Shown here: piece after piece, positions 25,678 to 34,561 of the stretch
Layout: every line of letters begins with the position of its first letter
How positions within the stretch are numbered: the stretch's first letter is position 1
NCBI GenBank assembly: GCA_043759115.1
Contig: JAYVME010000327.1
Location: forward strand, 1-42,234
Length of the DNA: 42,234 nucleotides
From: Betaproteobacteria bacterium
Lineage (GTDB): Bacteria; Pseudomonadota; Gammaproteobacteria; Burkholderiales; SG8-41
Direction: 5' to 3'
Notes under the pieces: model-generated
What the model was told of the DNA's origin: nothing
The model's input: the letters and a program-made list of their open reading frames with translations, nothing else
Database searches by the model: none
Translations under genes and position numbers: made by a program

Positions 25678-25723
25678 GAGCCTGTCGCATGGATAGCCAA
25701 ATGGCTATTCATGCGACAGGCTC
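25678..25723. terminator. Bidirectional hairpin between convergent genes
   Basis: gagcctgtcgcatg g atagcca aa tggctat t catgcgacaggctc, a near-perfect 46-nt palindrome. The right arm overlaps the last codons of the RNB gene. Confidence 0.6.
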
Positions 25724-27556
25724 CCGTGCTTCGAACTCGGCGTGCAGTGTGAGTTCCCACGGGTCCAGCTGCGATATCGCCAACCGCACCGGGTCGCCGG
25801 CGACCGCATCACGCAGCGACGGCACGCGCATCACCAGCGGCAGACGGTCGCAGCGGACGAGATTGTCGCGGATCACCGTCGCCTCCAGCACCGTAGCATT
25901 TTCCTGTTCGATCCAGCGCAGGCACCAGTAGCGTTCCATGTTGCGCTGGAACTCGGCGTAGGCGTCGTACGCGAGCTCAAAATCGCGCAACGCGGCGAGC
26001 AACGATTCGTCGCCGGCCAGGTAAGGCGCCGGCACGCCGCCGATCAGTGCGATCAACTCGCGCTGATTAATGAGGTCGACGTAGCGGCGTAGCGGCGAAC
26101 TGGCCCACGCATATTGCGCGACGCCCAGCCCGTCGTGCCGGGACGCCACCGTCGTCATGCGCGCAACGCCATTGCTCTGCGCGCGATAAATCGCCGCATA
26201 GCCGGCTTTGGCGAGCTGGCCGCCCCACTCGGTATTCGCGTAGATCATCAGTTCGGATACCACCTTGTCGACGGGCGACCCGCGCTTGCGTTCGATGATG
26301 CGCACGCGCCCGTCGTCCACGTAAAAATTGTATTCGGCGCGCTGTATTTCGCCCTCGTCGGATTTGCCGCGCGCGGCCTGCAGGTGCTGCGCGAAGTGCC
26401 ACAATATCCGCAGTTCTCGGCCGAACTCATGCGCGATTTCGCCGGCGGCAAGCGCTTCGGCGTTAAACACCGGATCGAGCTCACTATGCCGCAGGTTCGC
26501 GGCGATCGGCACCAGTTCGCACCGGCTGTGGGTATTGATAACGGCGCCATCGCCGCCGACTTCGGCGTACAACGACAACGCGGGACGCGCGCCATCCGCC
26601 AGGAGCGTAAATGCGGCGATCGCGGCCTCCGGCAGCATGGTGATTTTCTGCCCCGGAAAGTAGACCGTGGAAAGCCTCTCGCGCGCGATCACATCGACCG
26701 GCGAACCGGGCGCGATACCGAGCGCGGGTGCGGCGATATGAATGCCGATCTGCGTATGGCCGTTGGCGAGTTTCGTCACCGAAAAAGCGTCGTCGATTTC
26801 AGTCGTCGTCTCGTCATCGATGCTGAATGCGCGCACTTCCGCGCGCGGCAACCCGGCGGGCACCGCCACCGGCGCGATTTCGCCAAACGCGGCGCCGCGT
26901 GGAAAATACTCGAACAAAAAGCGGTTCAAATGATATTCGTGCGGCGAATTGATCGCGCCGCAGTTCGCCAGCACCCGCGCCGGCGCCAGCTTGAGTTGAT
27001 CGCAGGCCGCGTCGAGGGCTTTCCACTCGATGCTGTTTTTGTCCGGCGCATACAAGAGCTTCGACACGAGCGGCCGGAACTCCGCCGGCAGCCGGCCGGC
27101 GCCGAGATCATCGGCCCAGCGTTGCTTCTGTTCGGCCTGCAGGCGTTTTTTTTCGACGCTCGCGAGCGCCGCCTTCAGCGCTTCGGCGGGTGCTGCTTTG
27201 TAGCGCCCGCGGCCTTTCTTGTAGAAGTACATCGGCGCGCCGTGCAGCTTCAGAAGCAGCCCCGCCGCTTCAAGCGCGCTCGGCGCGCGACCGAAATACT
27301 CGCGGCCGAGTACATCGAACGAGAACTCGTCGGCACCGCAGCATTGCCACAGAAAATCAACATCGACCTGCCCGGCAACCTGCTGCGCCGCGTCGCTGAA
27401 CGCCCCCAGCGCGGGCTGGTCGAAGCGTAAGAGAATGGCGGACGCCTTGATTTTGCTGCGCTTGCCGTGCGGCGCTTCGACCTGCAGCGACGTATCGTTG
27501 TCGGCAAGGATGGCGCCGGTTTTGAAGGTGCCTTCTTCTTCGTAAAAAACGTTCAT
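25709..27556 (-). CDS. RNB-domain exoribonuclease (RNase II family)
   Basis: 615 aa with FSIDDETTTEIDDAFSV and SSPLRRYVDLINQ motifs of the RNB catalytic domain. Confidence 0.88.
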   Translation of the reverse strand: MNVFYEEEGTFKTGAILADNDTSLQVEAPHGKRSKIKASAILLRFDQPALGAFSDAAQQVAGQVDVDFLWQCCGADEFSFDVLGREYFGRAPSALEAAGLLLKLHGAPMYFYKKGRGRYKAAPAEALKAALASVEKKRLQAEQKQRWADDLGAGRLPAEFRPLVSKLLYAPDKNSIEWKALDAACDQLKLAPARVLANCGAINSPHEYHLNRFLFEYFPRGAAFGEIAPVAVPAGLPRAEVRAFSIDDETTTEIDDAFSVTKLANGHTQIGIHIAAPALGIAPGSPVDVIARERLSTVYFPGQKITMLPEAAIAAFTLLADGARPALSLYAEVGGDGAVINTHSRCELVPIAANLRHSELDPVFNAEALAAGEIAHEFGRELRILWHFAQHLQAARGKSDEGEIQRAEYNFYVDDGRVRIIERKRGSPVDKVVSELMIYANTEWGGQLAKAGYAAIYRAQSNGVARMTTVASRHDGLGVAQYAWASSPLRRYVDLINQRELIALIGGVPAPYLAGDESLLAALRDFELAYDAYAEFQRNMERYWCLRWIEQENATVLEATVIRDNLVRCDRLPLVMRVPSLRDAVAGDPVRLAISQLDPWELTLHAEFEAREPVA

Positions 27557-27652
27557 GAGGAATGGAGGCAGGCGCGCCGCAAGCGGGGAGGTATTGAGCG
27601 AGGCGCGAATTATAGCTTAACGACAGCGCTTACCCGCGCTCAACCCGCAAGC

Positions 27653-30490
27653 TCAACCCGCAAGATCGGGCTCGCCGCAGTGGCGCAGAATCTCGCCGCG
27701 CACGTGATCGCGCAGCAGCATCACGTTCTGCCATTCCGTTCCGGCCGGCGCAATCGGCGCGCCGAAGCGCACGCTCGCCGCGCCGCGGTACGGAAACCAG
27801 TCGTCTTCGCGCAGCATCGAGCGCACACCGCGCAGCGCCACCGGCACTATCGGCACGCCGGCCTTGGCGGCGACCGCGAATGCACCGGTGCGAAATGCGC
27901 GCAGCCCGGGTCGGCGGTCGAACGTGCCTTCCGGAAAAAATACCGGTGCCTTGCCGTCCGCGAGCGCCGTCATCACCTGATCGACGTCTTCGACGCCCTG
28001 GCGCGCATCGAAGCGCTCGACGAACACCGCGCCGATGCCGTGCAAAAACAGGCGCGGCACGAAATGATTGACGAATTCGCGCTTGGCCACGAAGGCGTGT
28101 GGAAAATCCGCCGGCAGCGCAGCCGTCAGCACGATGCCATCGAGATAGCTTGCATGGTTGACCGCGAGCAAGCAGGGACTATTCGGCAAATGCTCGAGCC
28201 CCGCTACGGTGAGCGGCGTGCGTGTCAGGCGCAATAGCAGACGCGCTGCACCCCGGATCAGCGGCCGTGCGTTGAGTGGCCGGCCCATCACCGCAACCGC
28301 CGACCATACAAGCGGCGCCAGCAGCAGAAAAAGCGCCCACACGTACGCCGCATACAGCAGTTCGTTAAACCCTCGCATGACGCGGCGCAACTGCGGCAGC
28401 GCGCCGGCCCACACCAGACGCGCGAACTGCCACCACACCGGCGCCGGCCGCGTGCTCTGGCCACCGCGCTCGTAAAATTCACAACTCGCGGCGCGCCGGA
28501 TTTTGCCGCTCGAGGTCTTCAATACGGTATGCGGCGGCGCGAGCACGATATCGTCGGCCGGCATGCCCAAGAGATCGACGGTAATTTCGTTGATCGCGCG
28601 CCGCAATTTCTCGCGCACCGCCGCGTCGGTCTCGCGCGTCTCCGCGAGCACGATCAGGCGCTCGGTGCCGGCGGCCGGATCGGCGCTGCCGAAGACCGCA
28701 ACGCAGCCGCGCCGCACGCCCGTGATGTCGCCGACCGCCTGCTCGAGTTCGTAGGGATAAACGTTGCGGCCGCCGCGTATGATCAGATCCTTGACGCGGC
28801 CGGTGAGAAAAATCTCGCCGCCGACCAGATATGCGTAGTCACCGGTGTCGAGCCATTCGCCGTCGAACAACTTGCGCGTCTCAACGGGATTGCGGTAGTA
28901 GCCGCTGGTCGACGACGGCCCCCGGAATTCTAGGCGCCCTTCCTGCCGCTCGCCGAGTTCGAACCCGGTCGCGCCCAGCACGCGCACCTGGTGTCCCGGC
29001 AACGGCACGCCGCACCCGACGAACTGCAGCGCGTGCGCGTCATCTGCGGACGCCGGCAGCGCTTTGCCCTCGCGCATGAACGCGTCGCGCTGGATGCGGT
29101 CGATCATCGGGCCGCGTCCGGGCGGCTGCAGCGCGAGCCCGACCGACGATTCCGCGAGGCCGTAGACCGGCGCCACCGCTTGCGGGCTCAGTCCATATTT
29201 CGCAAAGCGCTGCTGGAAAGCGGTGATCGTCTCGGGACTCACCGGCTCTGCGCCGTTGAACGCATAGCGCCACGAACTCAAATCGAGCCCATCGAGATCG
29301 CGGTCGTCAATCTTGCGCAGGCATAGCTCGTACGCAAAATTGGGCGCCGCCGAAAGCGTGCCGCGGTGGCGGTGGATTGCCCACAGCCAGCGCTGCGGCC
29401 GCGCGAGAAACGCGAGCGGCGACATGCTCACGATCGGGAACCCGAAGTAGAGACTGGCGAGCCACGAGCCGATCAGTCCCATGTCGTGATACAGCGGCAA
29501 CCAGCTCACGAACACGTCATTCGGTTTGGCCTGTACCACCTCGCCCATGGCGCGGATGTTGGCGAGCAGGTTGGCGTGCGTCAGCACGACGCCTTTCGGA
29601 TTGCCGGTGCTGCCCGAGGTGTATTGGAGGAACGCCGTGTCGTGCGCCGCAATCGCCGGCCGCACGAGCGGCGTGCGCGTCATGCCAAGTTCGCCGCCGG
29701 TGATGACGCTTTTCAACGTTTCGATCTGCGAGCGCAGTAACATCGCCACCGCTTTCGCTTCCGGCACCGTGATCATCATCGTGGCGCGCGCATTGGCGAG
29801 TATCGCGACGTGCCGGCGCATGTGGTCCTCGATCTGCGACAGCCGCACGGGCGGATAGATCGGCACCGGCACGCCGCCGGCGAGCAGAATGCCGAAAAAA
29901 CTGAAAAAGTATTCGCGCCCGGTCGGCAGCATGATCGCCACCGTGTCGGCCGGTTCGAGGCCACGCTCGATCAAGCCCGCCGCGACCGCCTGCGCGCCGG
30001 CGGCGAGCTCAGCGTAGCTGATTTCGAGTTCCTGCCCGTCGTCCGCGTAGAGATAAATCTGCAGTTGCGCGGGATGCCGCGCAACGTGCCAGTCGAGCAC
30101 CGCGGGCAGCGTCGTTGCTGCCGCCGGAACACCGTGCACATCTTCGACGGCGAGCGCCTTGACAGTCTTGTCCGCAAGCGCATGGTGCGCGCCGTGCGCG
30201 GACAGCACGAAGCGCACGAAGTCGCGCGGGGTCTCCGCGGTATTCAGCGTCTGGTCGGGCAGGCTCACGCCGAAAGCGCGTTCGGTGCGCAGCAGGAGTT
30301 CAGCGCGCGCGAGGCTGTCGAGTCCGAGGTCGCGCTCGAACGAGCTGTCGAGCGTGACCGCCACCGTGCCCTGCGGGCGCGATTCAGCCACGAACTGCTC
30401 GATCAATCGCAGCAGGCGCGGCGCGGTATCGCTGGCGGCAGGAATGTCCCCGGTATTGACCCCGCCTTCTTCTTCGGAAAAAACGTTCAT
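27653..30490 (-). CDS. Tri-domain acyl carrier / fatty-acyl-AMP ligase / PlsC-type acyltransferase protein
   Basis: N-terminal carrier domain (LGLDSLARAELL), adenylation motifs (YTSGSTGNPKGVVLTH, DTGDYAY) and a C-terminal acyltransferase domain (NHASYLDG, FPEGT). Confidence 0.88.
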   Translation of the reverse strand: MNVFSEEEGGVNTGDIPAASDTAPRLLRLIEQFVAESRPQGTVAVTLDSSFERDLGLDSLARAELLLRTERAFGVSLPDQTLNTAETPRDFVRFVLSAHGAHHALADKTVKALAVEDVHGVPAAATTLPAVLDWHVARHPAQLQIYLYADDGQELEISYAELAAGAQAVAAGLIERGLEPADTVAIMLPTGREYFFSFFGILLAGGVPVPIYPPVRLSQIEDHMRRHVAILANARATMMITVPEAKAVAMLLRSQIETLKSVITGGELGMTRTPLVRPAIAAHDTAFLQYTSGSTGNPKGVVLTHANLLANIRAMGEVVQAKPNDVFVSWLPLYHDMGLIGSWLASLYFGFPIVSMSPLAFLARPQRWLWAIHRHRGTLSAAPNFAYELCLRKIDDRDLDGLDLSSWRYAFNGAEPVSPETITAFQQRFAKYGLSPQAVAPVYGLAESSVGLALQPPGRGPMIDRIQRDAFMREGKALPASADDAHALQFVGCGVPLPGHQVRVLGATGFELGERQEGRLEFRGPSSTSGYYRNPVETRKLFDGEWLDTGDYAYLVGGEIFLTGRVKDLIIRGGRNVYPYELEQAVGDITGVRRGCVAVFGSADPAAGTERLIVLAETRETDAAVREKLRRAINEITVDLLGMPADDIVLAPPHTVLKTSSGKIRRAASCEFYERGGQSTRPAPVWWQFARLVWAGALPQLRRVMRGFNELLYAAYVWALFLLLAPLVWSAVAVMGRPLNARPLIRGAARLLLRLTRTPLTVAGLEHLPNSPCLLAVNHASYLDGIVLTAALPADFPHAFVAKREFVNHFVPRLFLHGIGAVFVERFDARQGVEDVDQVMTALADGKAPVFFPEGTFDRRPGLRAFRTGAFAVAAKAGVPIVPVALRGVRSMLREDDWFPYRGAASVRFGAPIAPAGTEWQNVMLLRDHVRGEILRHCGEPDLAG

Positions 30491-30524
30491 TGATTTTGCC
30501 GGACCGCGAATGCGGCGGCCAGGA

Positions 30525-31160
30525 TTACTTGCGCGACTCGAGCGCCAGCCGCACGGCGAGTCCGGCCAGTACCAGCCCCATCAGCCAACCCTGCAATTTA
30601 AGCCATAACGGGCGCGCGGCGAGCCAGCTCGCGATCGCGTTCGCCGCCCGCACATAAAGCGCGAAATCGACCGCGGCGCAAATGCTGATCTGGATGAAAC
30701 CGAGCGCGATACTTTGCGCGAGCACCGAACCGCGCGTGCTGTCGATAAACTGGGGCAGCAGCGCGATATAGAACATCGCGACCTTCGGATTGAGCAGGCT
30801 CGTCAATAGCGCCATGCGAAAAAGTTCGGCGTCGGACGCGCGCGTTAACGCTGCCGAATCGACGTCTGGCGCGACCCCGGGCCTGAATGCGTTCCACGCC
30901 ATCCACAACAGGTACGCCGCGCCGGCGTATTTGACGATATCAAATGCCAGCGGGACCGCGAAGAGCAGCGCGCTCAACCCGCAGGCGCTTGCCAGCATGT
31001 GTACAGTGAGCCCTAACGTCGTGCCGGCGAGCGAAACCACCCCGGCGCGCTGTCCGTGGCAAATCGTGCGCGACATCAGATAGGCCATGTTGGGTCCCGG
31101 CGTCAGCGCGAGTATGAGTGCCGCGAAGGCGAATAAAACGAGTTCGTGCGGCGCGATCAT
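30525..31160 (-). CDS. LysE/RhtB family amino-acid exporter
   Basis: 211 aa with six hydrophobic segments and an LTPGPNMAY N-terminal motif. Confidence 0.85.
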   Translation of the reverse strand: MIAPHELVLFAFAALILALTPGPNMAYLMSRTICHGQRAGVVSLAGTTLGLTVHMLASACGLSALLFAVPLAFDIVKYAGAAYLLWMAWNAFRPGVAPDVDSAALTRASDAELFRMALLTSLLNPKVAMFYIALLPQFIDSTRGSVLAQSIALGFIQISICAAVDFALYVRAANAIASWLAARPLWLKLQGWLMGLVLAGLAVRLALESRK

Positions 31161-31211
31161 GCGGGGTCGGAGGCGTGACGGGGAAGCGCGATTATACGGG
31201 GCGCGGGCGGT

Positions 31212-31793
31212 TCAGTCCCGAATTCCGCAAAACCCGAGCACGGTTTCGATGTATTCGGCGAAATCGCTGCAGCCGTGATCGCCGCCGTCGATCACGCGTT
31301 GCCGCGCGCCGCGATATTTGTCGACCGCCAGCCGGTAGTCCAGCACTTCGTCGCCCGTCTCGACCAGCAGCAGATAACGCCGCGGCGTGATCGGATCGAC
31401 CTCGAGCGCGCGCAATTCGTCGACGTGCCGCGCCGTGAACTCGTAGTCTTCCGCGGTGTGCAGGTTTTTCTGCGTACCGACGTAACCGGCAAGCATTTCA
31501 TACGGACGCACCGCGGGATTGACGAGCACCGCGCGGAACTCAAATTTCTCGGCGAGCCACGTCGCGTAGTAGCCGCCGAGCGAGCTGCCGACAAGCGCGG
31601 CTTGCGGATACGAGCGCGCCAAATCCGCGAGCAACTCTGCCGCGGCGGCCGGCGAATGCGGAAGCGCCGGCGCGACAAACTCGTGCGCGCGGCCGAGTGC
31701 GGCAAGGCGTTCGCGCAAAAGTCCGGCCTTGAACGACGCCGGCGAACTATTGAAACCGTGGATATAGATCAGCATGTCGGGGAATTGAGCCAT
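31212..31793 (-). CDS. yqiA: YqiA/YcfP-family alpha/beta-hydrolase (esterase)
   Basis: MLIYIHGFNSSPASFKA and GSSLGGYYA nucleophile elbow. The start is taken at the ATG at 31793 (or 31775); the longer ORF-track start at 31892 runs into the repeat element. Confidence 0.8.
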   Translation of the reverse strand: MAQFPDMLIYIHGFNSSPASFKAGLLRERLAALGRAHEFVAPALPHSPAAAAELLADLARSYPQAALVGSSLGGYYATWLAEKFEFRAVLVNPAVRPYEMLAGYVGTQKNLHTAEDYEFTARHVDELRALEVDPITPRRYLLLVETGDEVLDYRLAVDKYRGARQRVIDGGDHGCSDFAEYIETVLGFCGIRD

Positions 31794-31987
31794 TGAGTCA
31801 CTGAGAAGCGAGCTCAAAAACATTTTGAAACCACCGATGAACGCCGATGAACTTAAATAAGCGCAAAAGACTTGGCGCCGGTTAGGGGCCAAAACTGGAT
31901 TTTATATCGGCGTCAATCGGCGTTTATCGGCGGTTGCTTGTCGTTGTCGTGTTTTCGGGACGGGTTCTGAATCGCCGAATCACTCAA
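31794..31987. repeat. Intergenic repeat element of about 195 bp (CGCCGATGAA decamer-arm family), copy 1
   Basis: It fills the whole gap between the amidase stop and the yqiA start. Internal arms are aaccaccgatgaacgccgatgaac (31829-31852) and atcggcgtcaatcggcgtttatcggcggtt (31906-31935). The ends contain attgag / ctcaatcac. Its layout matches 36355-36580. Confidence 0.75.
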
Positions 31988-33172
31988 TCACTGACCAACG
32001 CGGCGCGCGGTTTCGAGCAGCAGCGTGTCGTTGCCGCGCGCCGCCACCAGCGAGATTCCCAGCGGGCAGCCGTCGAGCGTGGCGAGCGGCAGACTGATCT
32101 GCGGCAGGCGCGCGAGGCCCGCGATGCTCAAGAGGCTCATCGCGCGGCCGCGAAATTCGTCGAGCGCCGCGGTCGGCGTATTCTTCTCCGGCGCGATCGT
32201 GTGCACCGTCGGCAGCACGAGCAACGCGTTGTCCTGCAAGAGTTCCGCCATGCGGCGCGCAATGTCTTCGCGTTCAGTTTTGAGCGGCGCAACGTCATTC
32301 GCGCTAATCGTCGCGGCCCATTCGAAGCGCTCGCGCACGCCCGGCCCGAATTGCGGTTTGACGCGCGTGATCCAGTCGCGATGCTGCGCCCACGCCTCCG
32401 CGCCCTGCAGCTTGCGAAAAACCTGGAACCACTGCGGCAGGCCTGCACTCGACACGGTGACGTTCTGCGGCTTGCCAAGCGCGGCGATGACGATCTCGAG
32501 CGCCGGCTGCAACGCGGTGTCTGCCGCGCCATCAAGTAATGCAAACGCATCCTGCGCGAGCAGCAGGCGCCCGGGTGCCGCCGCGGGACTATCATCATCG
32601 AGCAGCACGCGGCCGACACGTTCGAGCAGCGCCGCGTCGCGCGCGAACCAGCCCACCGTATCAAAGCTCGCCGCCAGCGCGCACGCGCCCGCCAGCGAAA
32701 TTCGCCCATGCGTCGGGCGCAGACCGTAGATGCCGCAAAAGCTCGCCGGCGCGCGCACCGAGCCGCCGGTGTCGGAGCCGAGCGCAAAATCGACCAGCCG
32801 CGCCGCCACCGCGGTAGCCGAGCCGCTCGACGAGCCGCCGGGAATGCGGCCCGGCGCGTTGACGTTGATGGGCGTGCCGTAATGCGGATTCTCGCCATTC
32901 AAACTGAATGCCATCTCGTCGGTCTGCGTTTTGCCGACGATTTGCGCGCCCGCGTCGAGCAAACGCTGCACGGGCGGCGCGGTCGCAGCGGCCGCATCAT
33001 GCGTTGCCAGCCACGCCGGGCTGCCGAAGCCGGTCTGGTGCCCCGCGATATCGTAGAGATCCTTGATGCCGCAGGTCAGTCCCGCCAGCGGTCCGCCCGC
33101 CGCGCCCGCGACCTCGACATGGGTGTGCCGGCAAAACGCGCCGACGGTATCGCGATCCAGTATGTTGGCCAT
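31988..33172 (-). CDS. Amidase-signature family amidase
   Basis: 394 aa with the GGSSSGSA signature and the GIKDLYD N-terminal motif. Confidence 0.88.
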   Translation of the reverse strand: MANILDRDTVGAFCRHTHVEVAGAAGGPLAGLTCGIKDLYDIAGHQTGFGSPAWLATHDAAAATAPPVQRLLDAGAQIVGKTQTDEMAFSLNGENPHYGTPINVNAPGRIPGGSSSGSATAVAARLVDFALGSDTGGSVRAPASFCGIYGLRPTHGRISLAGACALAASFDTVGWFARDAALLERVGRVLLDDDSPAAAPGRLLLAQDAFALLDGAADTALQPALEIVIAALGKPQNVTVSSAGLPQWFQVFRKLQGAEAWAQHRDWITRVKPQFGPGVRERFEWAATISANDVAPLKTEREDIARRMAELLQDNALLVLPTVHTIAPEKNTPTAALDEFRGRAMSLLSIAGLARLPQISLPLATLDGCPLGISLVAARGNDTLLLETARRVGQ

Positions 33173-33261
33173 GCGCGCATTTTACCGTGCGCAGCGGCGG
33201 CGCGGTCAGCTGTGCTAACATTTCCCCCTCTATTGCTTCCTTCGGCGCGCGCTGTCATCGC

Positions 33262-33690
33262 ATGAAATCCGAAACCGGCCAGTTGCTTAACTACATCGAG
33301 CGCAACATCGAGCGCACGCTGGCGGACTGCACGAGTTGCGGCAAGTGCTTCGACGTCTGCCCGATGACGGCGTATTCGGACAAACTGGCCGGTCAGACGG
33401 GTGGCGCAGTCGTCGCGGGCGTGCTCGATATCCTGCGCGGCAAGGGCGGCACGCCGGCGGCGGTCGAATGGACGCGCCTTTGCACGCAATCGGCGACGTG
33501 CATCCCGGCCTGCCCCGAAAACGTGAACCCGATGCTGATGCTGCGGCTGTCGCGTATCACGGCACTCGGCTCGACCGGTGCCGAGGCGCTCTTGCCGGAC
33601 TCCAAGCACGACCCGCATTTCTTCCGCCGCATTAACGCATTTGCCTCGCTGCAATTGAGCGAGGCAGAAATTGCAAAGTGGCAGCGATGA
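33262..33690 (+). CDS. 4Fe-4S dicluster protein (HdrC / succinate-dehydrogenase FeS-like)
   Basis: CTSCGKCFDVCP and C-x6-CIPACPENVNP cluster motifs. The ATG at 33262 is preferred. Confidence 0.75.
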   Translation: MKSETGQLLNYIERNIERTLADCTSCGKCFDVCPMTAYSDKLAGQTGGAVVAGVLDILRGKGGTPAAVEWTRLCTQSATCIPACPENVNPMLMLRLSRITALGSTGAEALLPDSKHDPHFFRRINAFASLQLSEAEIAKWQR

Positions 33691-34529
33691 GCGAGCGCGT
33701 CGTTTTCTGGTACGGCTGCAACGCCATCCGCCACGGCGACATCGTCCACAGCGCGATCGAGTTACTGCGCGCGGTGGGCATCGAGTCCGACGTAGCGGGC
33801 GGCCCCGCCTACTGCTGCGGCACGATCAAGGACGGCAATCTGCAGGCAGCGGCCGGCATGGCCACGCGCACCGTCGAAAAATTCAACGCGTCGGGCCGCG
33901 ACAAGGTCGTCACCTGGTGCCCGTCGTGCCACCGTCACATGGGCACGTTCATGGCCGGCATCGCCACCGCCAACTTCGGGATCTCGCACATCACCGAGAT
34001 CCTGCATGCGCGCCGCCATTTGCTCGCCCCGCTCATGCAGCATCGCATCGAGCGCAAAGTGGTGCTGCATACGCATACCGGTTTTTACGAAGTGGATGCG
34101 AATCCGCTGGTGGCCGATCTGTTGCGGCTGATACCGGGCCTCGAAGTCGTCGTCACCGATTATTCGGCGCCGGGCCACATGTGCTCTGCGTTAGCACCCA
34201 TCCCCGCCGCGCTGAAAGACGTCGTGCGTCATTGCGTCGACCAGAGCGCGACGCACGGCACCGCTACGCTGGTGACGGTGTTCCACTCGTGCCAGCGCCT
34301 CTTGTGCGGGCTGGCCACGACCGACGGCATCAAGGTCACCAACTACGTCAACCTGCTCATGGAATCCATGGGCATCGCCACCGCACCGGACGATTACGCG
34401 CAATGGAAGAACGCCGGCTCGGAGGCCGCGATCATGGATGAGATCGGCCCCGAGCGCATTGCGAAAATCGGCACGGAGTTCTTTGCGCAGCAAGTCATGC
34501 CGGAACTGCGCAGACTGCCCGAGAAGTAA
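33687..34529 (+). CDS. Cysteine-rich CCG-domain protein (HdrB / GlpC / LutA-like Fe-S oxidoreductase subunit)
   Basis: ATGA overlap with the upstream FeS gene. YGCN..., PAYCCGT and WCPSCH motifs. Confidence 0.75.
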   Translation: MSERVVFWYGCNAIRHGDIVHSAIELLRAVGIESDVAGGPAYCCGTIKDGNLQAAAGMATRTVEKFNASGRDKVVTWCPSCHRHMGTFMAGIATANFGISHITEILHARRHLLAPLMQHRIERKVVLHTHTGFYEVDANPLVADLLRLIPGLEVVVTDYSAPGHMCSALAPIPAALKDVVRHCVDQSATHGTATLVTVFHSCQRLLCGLATTDGIKVTNYVNLLMESMGIATAPDDYAQWKNAGSEAAIMDEIGPERIAKIGTEFFAQQVMPELRRLPEK

Positions 34530-34561
34530 AGCTTCCCGCGCGGCCGTTTATACAACTTCCA

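Noticed and set aside
25079-25690. 203-aa minus-strand ORF spanning the small-protein region.
   Set aside because: Its translation is Arg/Gly/Cys-rich and it runs antisense to two plus-strand ORFs that have plausible starts and an RBS. The strong hairpin at 25678-25723 fits termination of plus-strand transcription.
33671-34441. 256-aa alternate-frame ORF overlapping the CCG-domain gene.
   Set aside because: The Arg/His/Gly-rich translation has no motifs. The frame starting at 33687 carries the CCG cysteine motifs and an ATGA coupling to the upstream FeS gene.
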